This document shows, in pieces, positions 27,178-40,129 of a stretch of DNA of 64,000 nucleotides. The position numbers and the translations under genes are program-made. The stretch spans positions 496,001 to 560,000 of the forward strand of contig JALDZX010000002.1 of the NCBI GenBank assembly GCA_022813865.1. The letters run 5' to 3'. The number at the start of each line of letters is the position of its first letter. Position 1 is the stretch's first letter. This stretch comes from Xylographa opegraphella. Its lineage: Eukaryota. The notes under the pieces were generated by a model. That model was not told where the DNA came from, did not search any database, and saw only the letters and a list, made by a program, of their open reading frames with translations.

Positions 27178-28389
27178 GGTCCACGGCGTATGCTCGAATG
27201 CTTGTCGTTTCTCAAATTGCGAACCGTTGCTTGCTTCACTGCTATAATACTAGATTCCATTCTTAGAGATCATCGATGCCTACCTAACAAAGACCGCTTT
27301 GGAAGTCTAGTCAATAGGTAGTGTCATCGCGATAGCCCGTAAGGGCGACTTATGAAATACGTTCTCATCCTTGGTCGTGTCCCCTTCGCATGCTGTCGTG
27401 TGGATCGCCCGGTATAGTCTACGGCTTGATCTGATATTTCAGCGTATGGGTGCCGGGTACAATACCTATAAATACCCTTCAAAGTAGGAAGCTAAAGTAC
27501 TTTTTTGTCATTGGGGTATCACGGTGCTCCGACGAACGGTTTTTATGTGTCATGCTATTATATAGCATGCCTCAATACTAAGAACACTTATTCATCATTG
27601 TTTGTGTGCCATGCTACCTGATGCATGTTTCGGATTGTTGGCTGATAAAAACTCAAATGCTTATTTTGCTCCTGATCGGTAACCCTTTCTCCTAAATCCT
27701 CCTCTATCGGGCGTACCAAACACGTAATATGTCACCACGCTTGAAGAACAAGTTTCGGTACTCTGAGCGCGATTGACATAGAAAGAACTGAGTTAATGGA
27801 GCCCTAGGTAAGCTAACCTGAGAGTCGGTACCTCCCAACGGCAGAAGGCAATGGGGTGACAGGAAGAAAGCGTTGCGCATAAGAGAAGGAACGCATCCCG
27901 AGAGAACAATAGAAACGTGTGTGTTCATTACAAGAGTGCGAGGTAATCCCAGAAAGTTGCTTTTATAAAGTCAAGCTGACGGTGCCTAGTTGAAGCTTGG
28001 TTTAGGCTTATCGCTGCGGTGATCTCAAAGGCCGGAGCGTTCTGATTTCATCTATGCAATCTTCTTTCACTCATGAATGCCGTCGCTCTCACGCTCATCA
28101 TTCTCTTCTTCTCATCGGACGGTTTCAGCGGTCAGAGCTGCGTAGATAAGAGATGTTCGCATAGATCCATGTCCGCATAAAGTGATCTACAGAGACTCAT
28201 GCAACCCAGCCTGATGTGGGCGTGTGCTTATTTCCCCCTTCAATGGAGTTGAGCTCATGATAGGCCTGTGTCTCTGAAGCGGGGTTTGGCAGAGCCTCAA
28301 GCGCCAGCCTTGGGTCTCCGGGGAGAGAAAAGTCGTGCTCTTCCTTCGTTTGCCTGCACCAGGCATAGGTGGCATGCGAAAGCTGAAGG

Positions 28390-29481
28390 ATGGAGAAGTT
28401 GCATCAGACGGCTCAGTTGACTTTCTTGCAATGGCAGGACCTCTACAACCGCGAGAAGCCGTTCGAGTTGGTCACTGAAATCCCTAGCGAGGCGTTGGAC
28501 CAACGGCGTACGAACTTGGTTTTCCACACTGTGGGCACTCAAGCCATCGAGGACGTCAGGGGGGACGAGGAGCAGTACACGCTGGACCGGCACGGCTTTA
28601 CGTACAGGAGAGCCCCATTTGCGTTTGCGGGCTTTCACGACAAATCTCAAATCCTTGAGACGTTCCTGCCGTGGGCCGAGCGGATTCTCAGAAAGGAAGT
28701 TGAGGACGTTGGCAGGGTTTTCATATTCGACTGGAGGGTAATATAAGATGTTTAATGCCGCTGTGTACTCTGTGGTGGTACATAGAGTTGACAATTTGTA
28801 TAGCTTAGACGCTCGAATTATGTTCCACGGAGAGTGGATCTTTCGGAATTACATCAATTTCTCCCTGTTTCTACGACTTGTCATGTTGGTGAGTCTGTAT
28901 CTTGTGCAGCCCCAATGACATATGGATTTCTGACCAGAGTCTCCAGATCAAAGTCCATGGGAAATGTTGAAGCGGTGTCAGAAGTTCCTGGGAACGGACG
29001 CTGGGTCCTTACTCAAAGGCAGGGTCCGCATCATCAAGTGTGTTGCTTCAGCAAGGCTCTCAGCTGTTGACTAACGCCGTGTCCAAGTCTCTGGCGACCG
29101 TTATACCATACTATAGAGGACAGACCCTTGACGGTTACCGATGGGAGTACAGTCAACGCAGCGGATCTAATCAGAACGGATTACGTACGACGGGATGACG
29201 TCCAGGAAACCATGTATCTGATGCATAACAGCAAGCAAAAATGGTATTATCTATCACAGCAGACGACAGACGAAGTGCTCTTGCTTAAAATTTACGATTC
29301 AAGCGATAAGGTGGCAGCTAGAAGTAAGACCGACGTGAGGATTTTTCCAACCAGTGAATGAGCTAATATGTAAATAATAGACTGTCCACATTCTTCCTTC
29401 TATCTAAATAAAATTCCACAGGAAGCGAACCCTCGCCAGAGCATAGAGGTCAGGGCGTTTGTGTTTAGCCGTGCTAGCTAG
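28390..29481 (+). CDS. CmcJ/NvfI/AsaB-family oxidoreductase (hydroxylase/desaturase-like), multi-exon
   Basis: EDVRG...TLDRHGF...IFDWR, HVDQS (across an intron), LWRP...PLTVTDG, KWYYLSQQTTDEVLLLKIYDS, PHSSF...RQSIEVRAFVF. Confidence 0.75.
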
Positions 29482-30017
29482 ATGTAAGTGACTGCAACGA
29501 CGGCATTGATATCGAGTTGAGATACAAACGTACCGATATAGAAATGGTCTCCTTCAGGATGAAGCATTAACAAATCCTTCTGCCATCCAGTAATCATCTT
29601 TGGGATTGGCTTTCGAGCCAATCTCTTCACTTTGACTTGCCATATTCGCGGTCGAGTCATTTCGAAGTGCCTCCCACGGCTTCCTACGGCTATCCTCCTG
29701 CGCGGCAGAGATTATAGAATCAGCCAGAGACTCTGATCGTGGGTTATGGTCGATTGCAGCCTCACTAGGCTTGTCGTTGTTGGAAGGCATGCTGAAAGGA
29801 GGCCTACACCACGTTAATCGAGGAGTCGTAATGCTCCCATAGATGACATTAACATACAAGTGCTTCAAGAACTGCTAGTTTTTTGGAGCGATGTATGCGC
29901 AATAGCACTGGAGTCAACGGCTTCGAAAGATGCCTTAAATCATGAACTGAAGCCTATTCTAAGAAGTGGGGTTGGCGGCTGAGAAACCTTCTCGAATAGG
30001 CTTGAGGAGGATCGATA

Positions 30018-30192
30018 TTGTGATAAAAGAGCTCTAGTCTAAACATTGCCCAATGAATGGTGAATGATAGCGAATGTCAACCGGTACGAGCAGTCTGACG
30101 ATCGTCGTGCACCTTCACTAGAGCCTGGAAGCGATCGGCTAAGTGGACTTGTGATAAGAGTGCTTTAGTCTTAGCATTGTCCAATGAATGGT
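30018..30192. repeat. Imperfect 44-bp direct repeat, 131-bp spacing
   Basis: ttgtgataaaagagctctagtctaaacattgcccaatgaatggt (30018-30061) vs ttgtgataagagtgctttagtcttagcattgtccaatgaatggt (30149-30192), 38/44 identical. Confidence 0.7.
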
Positions 30193-30341
30193 AGGCAAAG
30201 CATGCTGGTTATCGTGATGCCCCTCCACCAAGGCCCAGAACTGGCACCAAGATCCCGTAAATCAGGCGGCAGTATACATATGTATGGCTGTAATGCACCG
30301 CGAAAACTAATGCAGTGTCCAACCGTTAATTCAATGCTTGA

Positions 30342-33300
30342 TCATGCTTCATTTTCCAGAGCGGGGTTCCGTAGTTGCGAGTCATGTCGGCCGAATTCGA
30401 CAATACTCGCATCGATGCCGGTGTCTTCAATTTCGAGTGGTCTGACGGGAGGACGTCCAATTCTTGTTCTACCAGCCTTATAGGAGACCATGTATTCATA
30501 CACTTGCATCTGATCATTCAGCTCTCCCTGAAATGCCTCGGCAAATTTAGGAAAAAGCTTATCTCTAATATCTTGTGCCTTGCTGTCAAGTTCCACAGCT
30601 TCTTTTTGACGATGTTGTTCTTTAAGCATTTGGGCCAAGAAATACTGGGATCTTGCACTGTATTCCTCTGTGCATGGATTCTGTTCCAGGTTTGCGAGAG
30701 ACAAACGGAGCATTTTTCTGTCAGGAATGAGCGCGGACTTTACTTTGACAGCGATTGTAAGTACTCACTCGGCTTCCTCGTATTCACGTAACTTGTAATA
30801 AGTCACACCAAGAGCATAGTAGCTGTGCCTAGCCCGGAAAGAGAAAGTGCCAAATAAATTTGTACGTTCTTCAAGTATATCGAGATGCAGATCTTTGGCG
30901 GCTGTCAGATCTGCCGAATCTTCTGAAAGAAGTAGTATTATAGCTTTGAGGAATCTAAAATTTTGGGTTTGAGCCCCATGCCAACCGTTGTGTCTCTCGG
31001 CCAACTGTATGGCCTCGGTCATCATGTCCTTCGCTTCGTCAAACCTCTCTTGCGAGGCCCGCACAACGGAGAGGTTCACGTAGGCTTCAGCAAACATCAT
31101 GGGATTCTCCTTTTTATTAGTGTTCCGTTTCTTGATGGCCAAGGCGTGCTCGAGGTACTGTTCTGCCACTGCATAATCGGCGAATTCGAGAAGACCGCAG
31201 CCAAAGTCGTTCCATGCATTTGCATAAAGCAATTGCTGATCAGGGGTACCCCCTGGTGGCGGAGAATCAATGAATTGCTTCCGAATATTTAAGGTTTTAA
31301 TTAGTTCCTCAAGACCTGTATGGCGTCCACTGATACCATTTTCGAGCTCCATTACTCCCCACAGGCAGTGGGCTTGAGCTTGATCGTTCAAGTCCGGTTC
31401 GCTCATACCGTCAAGTATCTTTACAGCAAGTTTCGATGCCTCAATACCGTCCTTCTGGAAGTTGCGTTCCCAAAAGTAGTTGGCTTCATCCGATAGAAGA
31501 CTTGCAAGAACTGTGCTGACTCTGAGTGCGGGTTGGCTTTGCTGCAATACAGCCTGCAAGCTCAATACATGCGGTTGATATATCTCGTATCTATCCCAGT
31601 TTCGATTGTCTGGCGACATAACGCTAGACTGACGGGGAAAAGCCGTGCGTACAAGCATTACTGCTTGGTCAAAGATTTCTTGTCGCTTCAATATATCTTT
31701 AGAGAGACCAATGCGCAAGTTGAGTTGTAGGGATCGATGCAATGAAAGACTTGCATGTGGTGTCGATGTATCTCGTTGAACGAGCTGCCTTCTGCATAAA
31801 CTGGATCGGATACGCTCAAATCTACTATCATTGTTAAATCGTGCTCCCAGTTTATCATGCAGTTCTATAGCTTACAACCTTTGTTTCGTGAATTCAATAT
31901 CTGGGCTTGAACCAAGGCTCTGGACAAATAGCGATTCTGGAATAGAATCGGGGCTCAGCATTGACAGCACATAGAGAACGTCTGAGGCCTCTTCCCCATC
32001 TTTCCAAAGTTCATCGAGAGCAATACTCCAGACCATATCTAAGCTCTCAAAATACATTTGAGAAGACCAGGTTTTTCTGCTTGTCCAAATATCGTCTGTT
32101 TGTTGCGCTTTGAACTTGTCAAGCGCTTCAGGTAATGTGATCCGAGATGTGAATAAATACCCAGCAATATGGGCAATGGTTATCGGCAGTCCTCCGACCC
32201 TTTCTGAGATTTCAAGAGCCGCTTTATATTCTTCTGTTGTGTGGCGGTCCTTTTGTAACAAATCAAGGAAAAGAGCAGTTCCTTCTTCAGGACCCAGTGA
32301 TTGGATAGATATCTGTGATCGAATAACTTGTGCAAGATCTGCCATCTGACTAGTAACTACGATAGCACCGGCGCAATTTCTCGGCCAGTATGGTTGAATA
32401 GTATCCCATAGTTCAGTATTATCGAATATTAATAGCCAAGTCTTGTCTACTGAAAGCGTCAGTCCAAGGTAATAACGGAGATCGTTTACACAAACCGGTC
32501 GTTTCGAACCACTCTCTCACGAGTTCAATTTTACGACCTAAGCCCATCGATCCAGAACCCGTGATTCCTAGCTTCGATGCAATAGATGCATATCCAACAG
32601 CTAGCTCAGGTGCTCGTTGGGAACCCAACCAGAAGATACAATGATAGAATCGCCGATTTCGGTATGCGTACTCGAGAGCAATTTGAGTCTTTCCCATACC
32701 TCCCATTGCATGAATAAGGCATGATCTAGGCTCAGACTGTACTTCCTGTTGCTTTGGCGATAATCTTTTGTGAATTTGATCCAGCTCACTGGTACGGCCT
32801 CGAAAATACTGATTTTTACTGTAAGGAACATCAAAGACACCATTTGTTGGAATTGATGTTATGATATGTTGAGCATTTGGAAGTCGGTCCTCTAATTCTC
32901 CATGGATAGCGACTACAATCTCGTCGATGTCTGCTCGAGCTTCTTTCTCAAATGTTGTAATATTTGTCTCTATGCGTTGCTGAGTTTTCTGAAAATCTTT
33001 TCGTACACCCCACCATAAAACTTTTCCAAGAGTCACTGCAATCTATCAGCATTTCTATCATACTGTCTCACAGTAAGGACTGGGATATACAAGCCGCCGA
33101 CCGTTTATAGAACTTGATTGTAAATATGCAAAATTGAACATAATCTTCCACAATCTCCCTCGTCAGAGTTTGTAGCCTGCGGTTCCTGGGTAGAAGCTTG
33201 ATGTAACGGTTGACCCTTGTTGTAGTGAATGTGAGACCCTGAAGCATAGTTGTGATATCTTCAAGAGTGCGCCAAAATTCGCAAGCACACTAAACAGCAC

Positions 33301-33642
33301 CTCGTTCAGGCGTTGGTCACTTGAAGAGGCAATGGAAAGACCTACGATAACCACTGCTTGGATTGAACCCCAAACTATCCCCACAGGGTTTGCATCGGCC
33401 TGGATGAAGGTCGATATACTTTCTGTAAACAAGTTTAGCTGTTCGAAAGCCGGCCGCAACTTGTTGAGGCATCTCGTAACCAAGTCAGAGCCATGCCCAT
33501 CTTTCAAAGCGATAAGCTTTGCTTCAATCGTAGCATAGTCGAGCTCGTCAATAATACCACTATATTTGCTCCCATTGAGTTGACTTCTCTTTGTCTGCAA
33601 AGCGAGAGTCCATTCTTGTGCAACCTCTCGGGGCATGATCAT
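30342..33642 (-). CDS. Fungal NLR-like STAND protein: N-terminal helical domain + NB-ARC + TPR repeats, multi-exon
   Basis: N-terminus ...NPVGIVWGSIQAVV, then VPYSKNQYFRGR, P-loop HAMGGMGKTQIALEYAY, IFWL, WLLIFDN, IVVTSQ, VGGLPITIAHIAGY and TPR helices (YANAWNDFG...EHALAIK, AYVNLSVV...FDEA). Confidence 0.85.
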
Positions 33643-34116
33643 GTGAATATCTAGAGTTGACCAATGTTGCAAAACGTGACACCAAACACACACCGAATGA
33701 GACACGTTAGATTAGATCATAGTGCAAATGTACACCTCGGTGCAGAACAGATATATAGTGCAAAGAAGTAGGGCATAAGGGTATATGTGCCCGAGCTGAG
33801 CTGCTGGATATATGGTCGTACTCATTGGATAAGCAAGGTGCAGGACGGCAGGATGACATGCAGTGACACGACATCCCAGTAGCTGCATTATCAAAGAATA
33901 CGGTAGGCAAATGAATTGTAGTCGTTGCTAATTATGTAGCGCCGTAGCCTTGCATAGCTGGGAACTGTCAAGATTCTACCCTCGGCTCCAATTCTCGCTC
34001 GACTCCCCCTCTTTTGCTCGAGAAGGGCCAAGCCTTGCCATCTCCACAAGTCGATATGTGAAAGTCATTCGGTGAAGCATTGTACTCTTGAGAAGCTGTC
34101 ATTCGATATTTCAGTC

Positions 34117-35799
34117 ATGTATGTTGGGACTCCCGCCCATCTAAAAGCTAGGGCCGACTAAGATAAGGCACTAACTTGTTGTAGGCATCTCCATTCGCAC
34201 GAAACCCAGGTGGTGGAGCGACTTCGACAACTCGACACTGAGATAATCGAAATTTGCAAAGTTTCAGGGTCTTCGGGCCTGTCACTTGGAGTCCTTCACC
34301 ACGGAAATGTGATTTATACGGCGCATCATGGCTTCCGTAACATTGAGTCGAGAACTGCGCCTGATTCCGAGACACTGTACAGCATCAATTCTATGACTAA
34401 AGCATTGACGGCTGCGGCAATAGGGATACTGGTAGAAGATGGAAGGCTTCAGTGGGACACACCTGTGCACACAATTCTACCCTGCTTCGCAGAAGGTCAC
34501 GGTCCACTGCAGGAAGCACTCACCATCACGGATTTGTTGTCTCATCGCTCCGGCATAATATCTCCGGACACATTCTTTCTACAGGATAACAATACTCTGC
34601 TTCTAAACAAGCACGAAGCGATAAGAACCTTTAACTACGGGAAAGAGAAAGAAGGGTTCCGCGACTCGTTTCTTTACAGCAACTTTTCATATGCTGTAGC
34701 TGGACTCGTCATTGAGCATCTGTCGGGGCAAGAATATGGCACTTTTCTTCAGGAAAATTTCTTTGCGCCTCTCGGACTTCATAGGACTACCACAGAGGAC
34801 ATATCGAAGGATACGAACATTGGGAAGTCGTACTCTGTACTCGAAGACCGTTCGTTTTGGCCTGTTCCGGGACCTAAGGTTGGCACTGGTACCCTGATGG
34901 AGGGCGCCGCTGGGATTAAAAGCACTGTTAACGATTTACTTATTCTTTACAAGGCATTCATTGAAGCATGTAACGATCAAAGGAAGAAGAACACTACCTC
35001 TACGGATGGTTCTCCATTTCGGCAATGCAACACACTTGTTCTAGGCCATAACTTCCTTGGGGGCACGTACCTTCGAGAACAAAGTTACGGACTTGGATGG
35101 GTGCGATGCCAACTCCCCGGGCCTTTGGGTCGACAAGCAATCAATGCTAGATTGGAGATTGATCTACCCATCACCGGAGATGAGACACGATCCCTTTTCT
35201 GCTTATACCATCAAGGGCTAATGCCAGGTTCTTCGACGGTGGTATACTCCTTCCCAGAGACAGAAACCGCAGTCGTTGTCTTACAAAACGCGACTGCTTT
35301 GAATGACTGCCCAGATTGGGTAGGCCAATTACTGGTTCAAACTATTTTCAACTTCTCCCAAAAGAACGATTATCTTGACCTCGCCACGAGAAGCGCTAAG
35401 AAGTCCTTAGCACTTGTGCCGTCAATAGGATTAAAGCTAGACTCTGAGCGGATACCGAATACCAACTTTAGCTTACCGCTGAATGCCTACACCGGCCGTT
35501 ACTTCAGTCCCATCAAAAACTTCTTCATTGAAGTAAGCTTACATGGGAAAGAGTTGCAGCTCGCCTTTCAGGGTCTTGAATCCCAGACCCATTCGCTGCG
35601 CCATTACCACTATGACACATTTACGTGGCAGATGACACACAATGAAGCAGCCAAAAAAGCTCGCTTAATGGTCAACTATCCCGCCGAATATTTCTTACTC
35701 AGATTCGGGACGAAAGATCATGATAGCATTGATCGTCTTTACTGGATCATTGAAACCACACACCCTAACCCAGAAGTATTTCGGAAAGCAGATGATTGA
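34117..35799 (+). CDS. Beta-lactamase/penicillin-binding-protein-fold serine hydrolase (S12-like) with C-terminal DUF3471-like domain
   Basis: INSMTK (SxxK), DLLSHRSG, FLYSNFSY (YxN), YHQG, C-terminal LNAYTGRY...LRHYHYDTF. Start probably split AT|G by intron 34119-34184. Confidence 0.85.
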
Positions 35800-36760
35800 A
35801 CTTATGAGAGCACAAAGCTGTAGCTGGCGGTTTGCAGCTGAAGTATACTGCATATATTTGGGCTTCAGCAACATGGTGCTCGTCAATCGGCTTGGTCATC
35901 GAGAGACACCGCGAATTGAAATTGACATACAGGTATATACTGTCAGCTGGAAATGGTCTAAAACGTTGCCCAGTCATGGCTGCAATGCTCGGCGCGTGCC
36001 ATGACTCAGGTTTTTCGAATGGCTTCTCATGCTTATTGAACGACACTCTACACCCCTGAATCATTTCTCAACAGATTGGTCAGTAAGGTTAGCTTTGCCT
36101 GGTTATCCTCATGTCCCCTGGCGGTACTCGTGGTCCTTGGGCGGATGGTAATAACGTAAGGGACGCGGTGGGTTTCAAATCTGCCAATGTCTGCTTATAC
36201 GGCCGTCAGCACTGGAAGAGTGGCATCCCATCGTATCGGTGATGATGCTTTTCGGCGTGCTGTTCACAAGTACTACCATCTTTTCGGTGCCGGGTCGGTA
36301 GTATTGCACCTTAATATAGAAAAGGAACAATTCAAGCAAAGCTGTTCATTGTTGTTGCGTGAAGCGTGCAAATTTATAAATGATACCCATGATATAGAAA
36401 CTGTAGGATCATTTTGCAGCGTCCAAGCCTAAGGATAATAGCAGCAGCGATAGGCAGGGGTGACAGTGAGTGCAACTGGCTGGTAGAATACCAGGTGATC
36501 CAGCGTGAGGGGACCTCTCGCTCAATAAGGTAGGTATGCAGCGTCGTAGAAAGCCAAGACCCCCTGGAGCTAAACTTGAATAGGAAATAAAGTATATATC
36601 GGAGCGGATTATCTGCCTCATAGCGCCCCGAAGTTCGATTTGGACCCCCTCATCCTCACCCCACGTTTGGCGCGCTCCCTCTGACTCTTCCTTCCCTCTT
36701 TTTCCATCAACCTTAGCGGTAATACAAACACACTTGTTATCCCTCCTCCTTCCAGTCGAT

Positions 36761-38588
36761 ATGGCCCCGCGTCAAGCAAACCGAAACGTCCAAAAAGTTG
36801 GGCGGCAATGCTCGGTACCGAAAGGCGAACGTAAGTTATTCACATCGTCTTGTGCTTTGACTGATCGTTGATAGAAGCACGGCCACAAGGTATCAAGAAA
36901 GAACGCCCACAATCTTCTCCTCGTAAAAGCCTACGCCTGCAACACCGACAGGAACGCACTGTATCCAAGGACACGAACATCGAACCCAAGCATCAGCTTC
37001 CCTCTGCAATTACCAACACTCCCAGCACAGAGGCATGTCCCTCTCCTCCTACTATGCTCTAAAGCTAAATCAAGTCAAGTTTCCACAGGCTCGAGGACAA
37101 GAACGAAAACGAAAACGACCGCAAGAACCCGAAGGTGCATCCAATCTCGCTCCATTCGAACCCCTTCGAAAGCAACGGCGGACGTCTCGTTCAAATGCTA
37201 CTACTAAGCACACACATAACCAGGGGGCAGTGAGGAGCATCAACAAAAAAAAGACCAATTCCATTGCGTATTGGAGCGAAGAGGGACGCTGGCCTAAGCA
37301 ATACTTCACCCAAGACGATCAGACTAAGAAAGATTTCGAAAATTACAATGGGATACTCTGGGTAGCAGAGATGGGATTGAATCACTTACTTGCGAGGAAG
37401 AGATCGTCGTCTTCTTTTCGTGGTAAACAATCGGAAACTGGCTCTGTCACACCAAGTTCAGCTAGCGATGAGAAGCCGAGGGAGGACAAACACACCCCTT
37501 ATAAGCGTCCAAGCTATGAGACTGTGCTTGCTACCAAAGGTAGCTTTATGGGGAAGTTCGATTTGGGTATTACAGATGCAAGCAAGAAACTCTGTCGAAC
37601 TTTACTTGAGGCAGAACAATCAGTCCCTCAAGATACACTGTTTCGTGACGATCTGTTCGACGAAACTTGCGAGAGCGTGCGAGCGAGAAATGAAGCTATG
37701 GTTGTCCGAGACATTTCCCCATTGATATGTCCATCTGCTCAAGTGCTGAGGATCTATGGCGCGACACATCTCAAGGCTTTAAACGAAAGTGTTAATGAAG
37801 GCTGGAATTGCGCCGAACCCTTTTACGGTCCTCGCCCACAACCCGATTATTCTATAGGGTTCGGACGGTCTGCGTTTATGGATGATCGACTCGAAAAGCT
37901 TAAGCCTTTCGTGGGGGAGGTTCCAGATACATTTACGTCCCATTTCATGGCTACTTGGCAGATGTACTTCCCGTTCCTAACGTGCGAAGTAAAGTGCGGC
38001 GCTGCAGCCCTCGATGTCGCCGATCGACAGAATGCTCACAGCATGACACTCGCAGTGAGGGGCGTTGTCGAACTGTTCAGGATGGTGAAGCGCGAAAAGG
38101 AACTTCATCGAGAGATCCTCGCCTTCTCAGTCTCGCACGATCACCGAACAGTTAGAATATATGGTCATTACCCTGTGATCGATGGAGAAAAGACAACTTT
38201 CTACCGCCATGCGATCCATACGTTCGACTTCACAGCACTAGATGGCAAGGAAAAGTGGACAGCATACAAATTCATGAAGAATGTTTACGATATATGGATG
38301 CCGACTCACCTGAAAAGAATTTGTTCAGTTATTGATGACTTGCCGCTGGATTTTAAGGTCTTACAGCAATTTGAGGCGGCGGAATCTGGACTTTCACAAG
38401 GTTTAGAGAGTCACCATCTCTCTGACCAAACAAGTCATAATACTGCGTCTTTGGACGAAGCTGACAGTCAACCAAGTCACGTTGGTTCGCGAGACGTTAC
38501 CCCTGATACTTCCCTGTCTCAAAGGATGGAGGGGGGCGAATTCAAAAAGCCGAGGAAAAGGGGTCGACCTGTAGAGTTACATCAGTAA
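36761..38588 (+). CDS. Fungal PD-(D/E)XK-like protein (DUF7924-type) with long low-complexity N-terminus
   Basis: RNEAMVVRDI, GPRPQPDYSIGF, YFPFLTCEVKCG...ADRQNAHSM, AFSVSHD...RIYGHY. 5' exons inferred. Confidence 0.7.
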
Positions 38589-39074
38589 GTGGCTTCGCTG
38601 ATCACAAGTCAGTATTTTAAGGCGCATCGTTTGCTATGAAAGGATTTGGGGATGCTGTATGGTTTGAAAGTCAGAATTGTATCTGTTGGAGTGACTGGCA
38701 TACCTACTGAGCAGTTGGCGGCTGCGGAGTCAGAGGTAACTGCTACTGAGTACCTAGGGAAAACTGTACAATGCACCGATGCCTGGGATGGAAATGAAAC
38801 TATAACAGTACATCAATTATTTCCTGCGATCACTTTGCGCCTCACGTCTCCTTACAAAATCACTCTTTATTCCCTTCTCCAGTGTTTCGTCCACGCATCT
38901 GATCCGCTCAATCTTCCTCACTTTGAATGCCGCTTCCCTCAACCATGCCTGCTCCGTTGTTGAGACTGGCCAATAGAAGGAATCCCAGCAGAGCCCTCAA
39001 GACAAGTAGGAACATAGAGCTTGAGTTGCTGCCTGTCCACCTGTGGGAGAAAGCTTTTTTGACTCTCTGCTGTA

Positions 39075-39219
39075 CCATGATCCAGCGCGTGCGTACTGCG
39101 GCCTGAGTCCTGCCTGGGAATTTCTTAAAGATTCATTCCCAAGACTTGTCCTCTTTCTTGTATGCCAGCAAGCGCTGCTCGTTTACAGATTCCTGTTGAA
39201 GTGTATAACGTGAGTTCAT
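39075..39219 (-). pseudogene. Myb-like domain remnant
   Basis: Minus-strand translation ...LLAYKKEDKSWE*IFKKFPGRTQAAVRTRW resembles a Myb/SANT helix-turn-helix, with an in-frame TGA. Confidence 0.35.
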
Positions 39220-40129
39220 TAATCTATGAAGTCTATGGGGGGGGGCTGGGGCCCAGCCACCTAGGATCACCTTGCTTCAACAATTCCCTGGGATATTCAT
39301 CCTTGTGCTAGAACCCTGCCTTTTTTTTTACTTGAACATGTATCATTGTCGCTGCTGAGATTAGGTTCGCTGTCGTTTTGCGAATATTGAACAGCCAGCA
39401 GAACAATTAAATTACAAACTGGTGACGACGATTGTAAAGACGAGATTAAGGGCGGCAGATTGAATCGAATGGCGGAGATGAATTCCTTTGGGAAACAAGG
39501 ACTTACATAGGCGTTGGTCAGGATCGCGAGACTACTGGGGAATTCTTCGGGTAGTGTCAATTAGGCCTTTGTATGTTAGCAAGCTTGTAAATTTTCATGC
39601 AAATGTTTTTAGACCCGAATTGGACACCAATTTTAATTTATCGTTTTAAAGCTATCGAGTTCCCTTGTAACATCCTTCGGCCACTATTCGATGATGTTAT
39701 TAAGAGTACAGGACACTCTGTCAGTTTATGCGAGGAATTTGCACCAGCCACGTTATCACTGAGATTATTTGCCCCTGTTGTAGTTGTAGGTGTCATTGTC
39801 TTGCGAATGTTAAACGAAAATCAGGGTTGCCTTCGTTACAGGATGCGGTATCTGAAGAACAAGGGGCGGCGTTGTTGCTAAGCCTCGATAACACACTGAC
39901 AATATTTACATGATTTATTCGCAGCAATTTGGAATAGCTCAGGAAGGAGTAATCACACGATCTTGCTGGGTTTCTTCTATTGCACGTCGTTACGTCGACT
40001 GATTTTCGACGTCTTACTGCATTTTTAGTATTTGCGCAGCGACGCGGTCACGTCCATCTCAAAACATACAGCCAAGGTAAAGCGTGACTTCTCGTTTGAG
40101 GCCAGCGAACATCGTCTTGCGGTGGGCTT

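Noticed and set aside
34117..35799. Beta-lactamase-fold protein as an antibiotic-resistance gene or RiPP peptidase
   Set aside because: This family is widespread in fungi. It has no signal peptide, whereas the precursor enters the secretory pathway, and nothing in the sequence supports either role.
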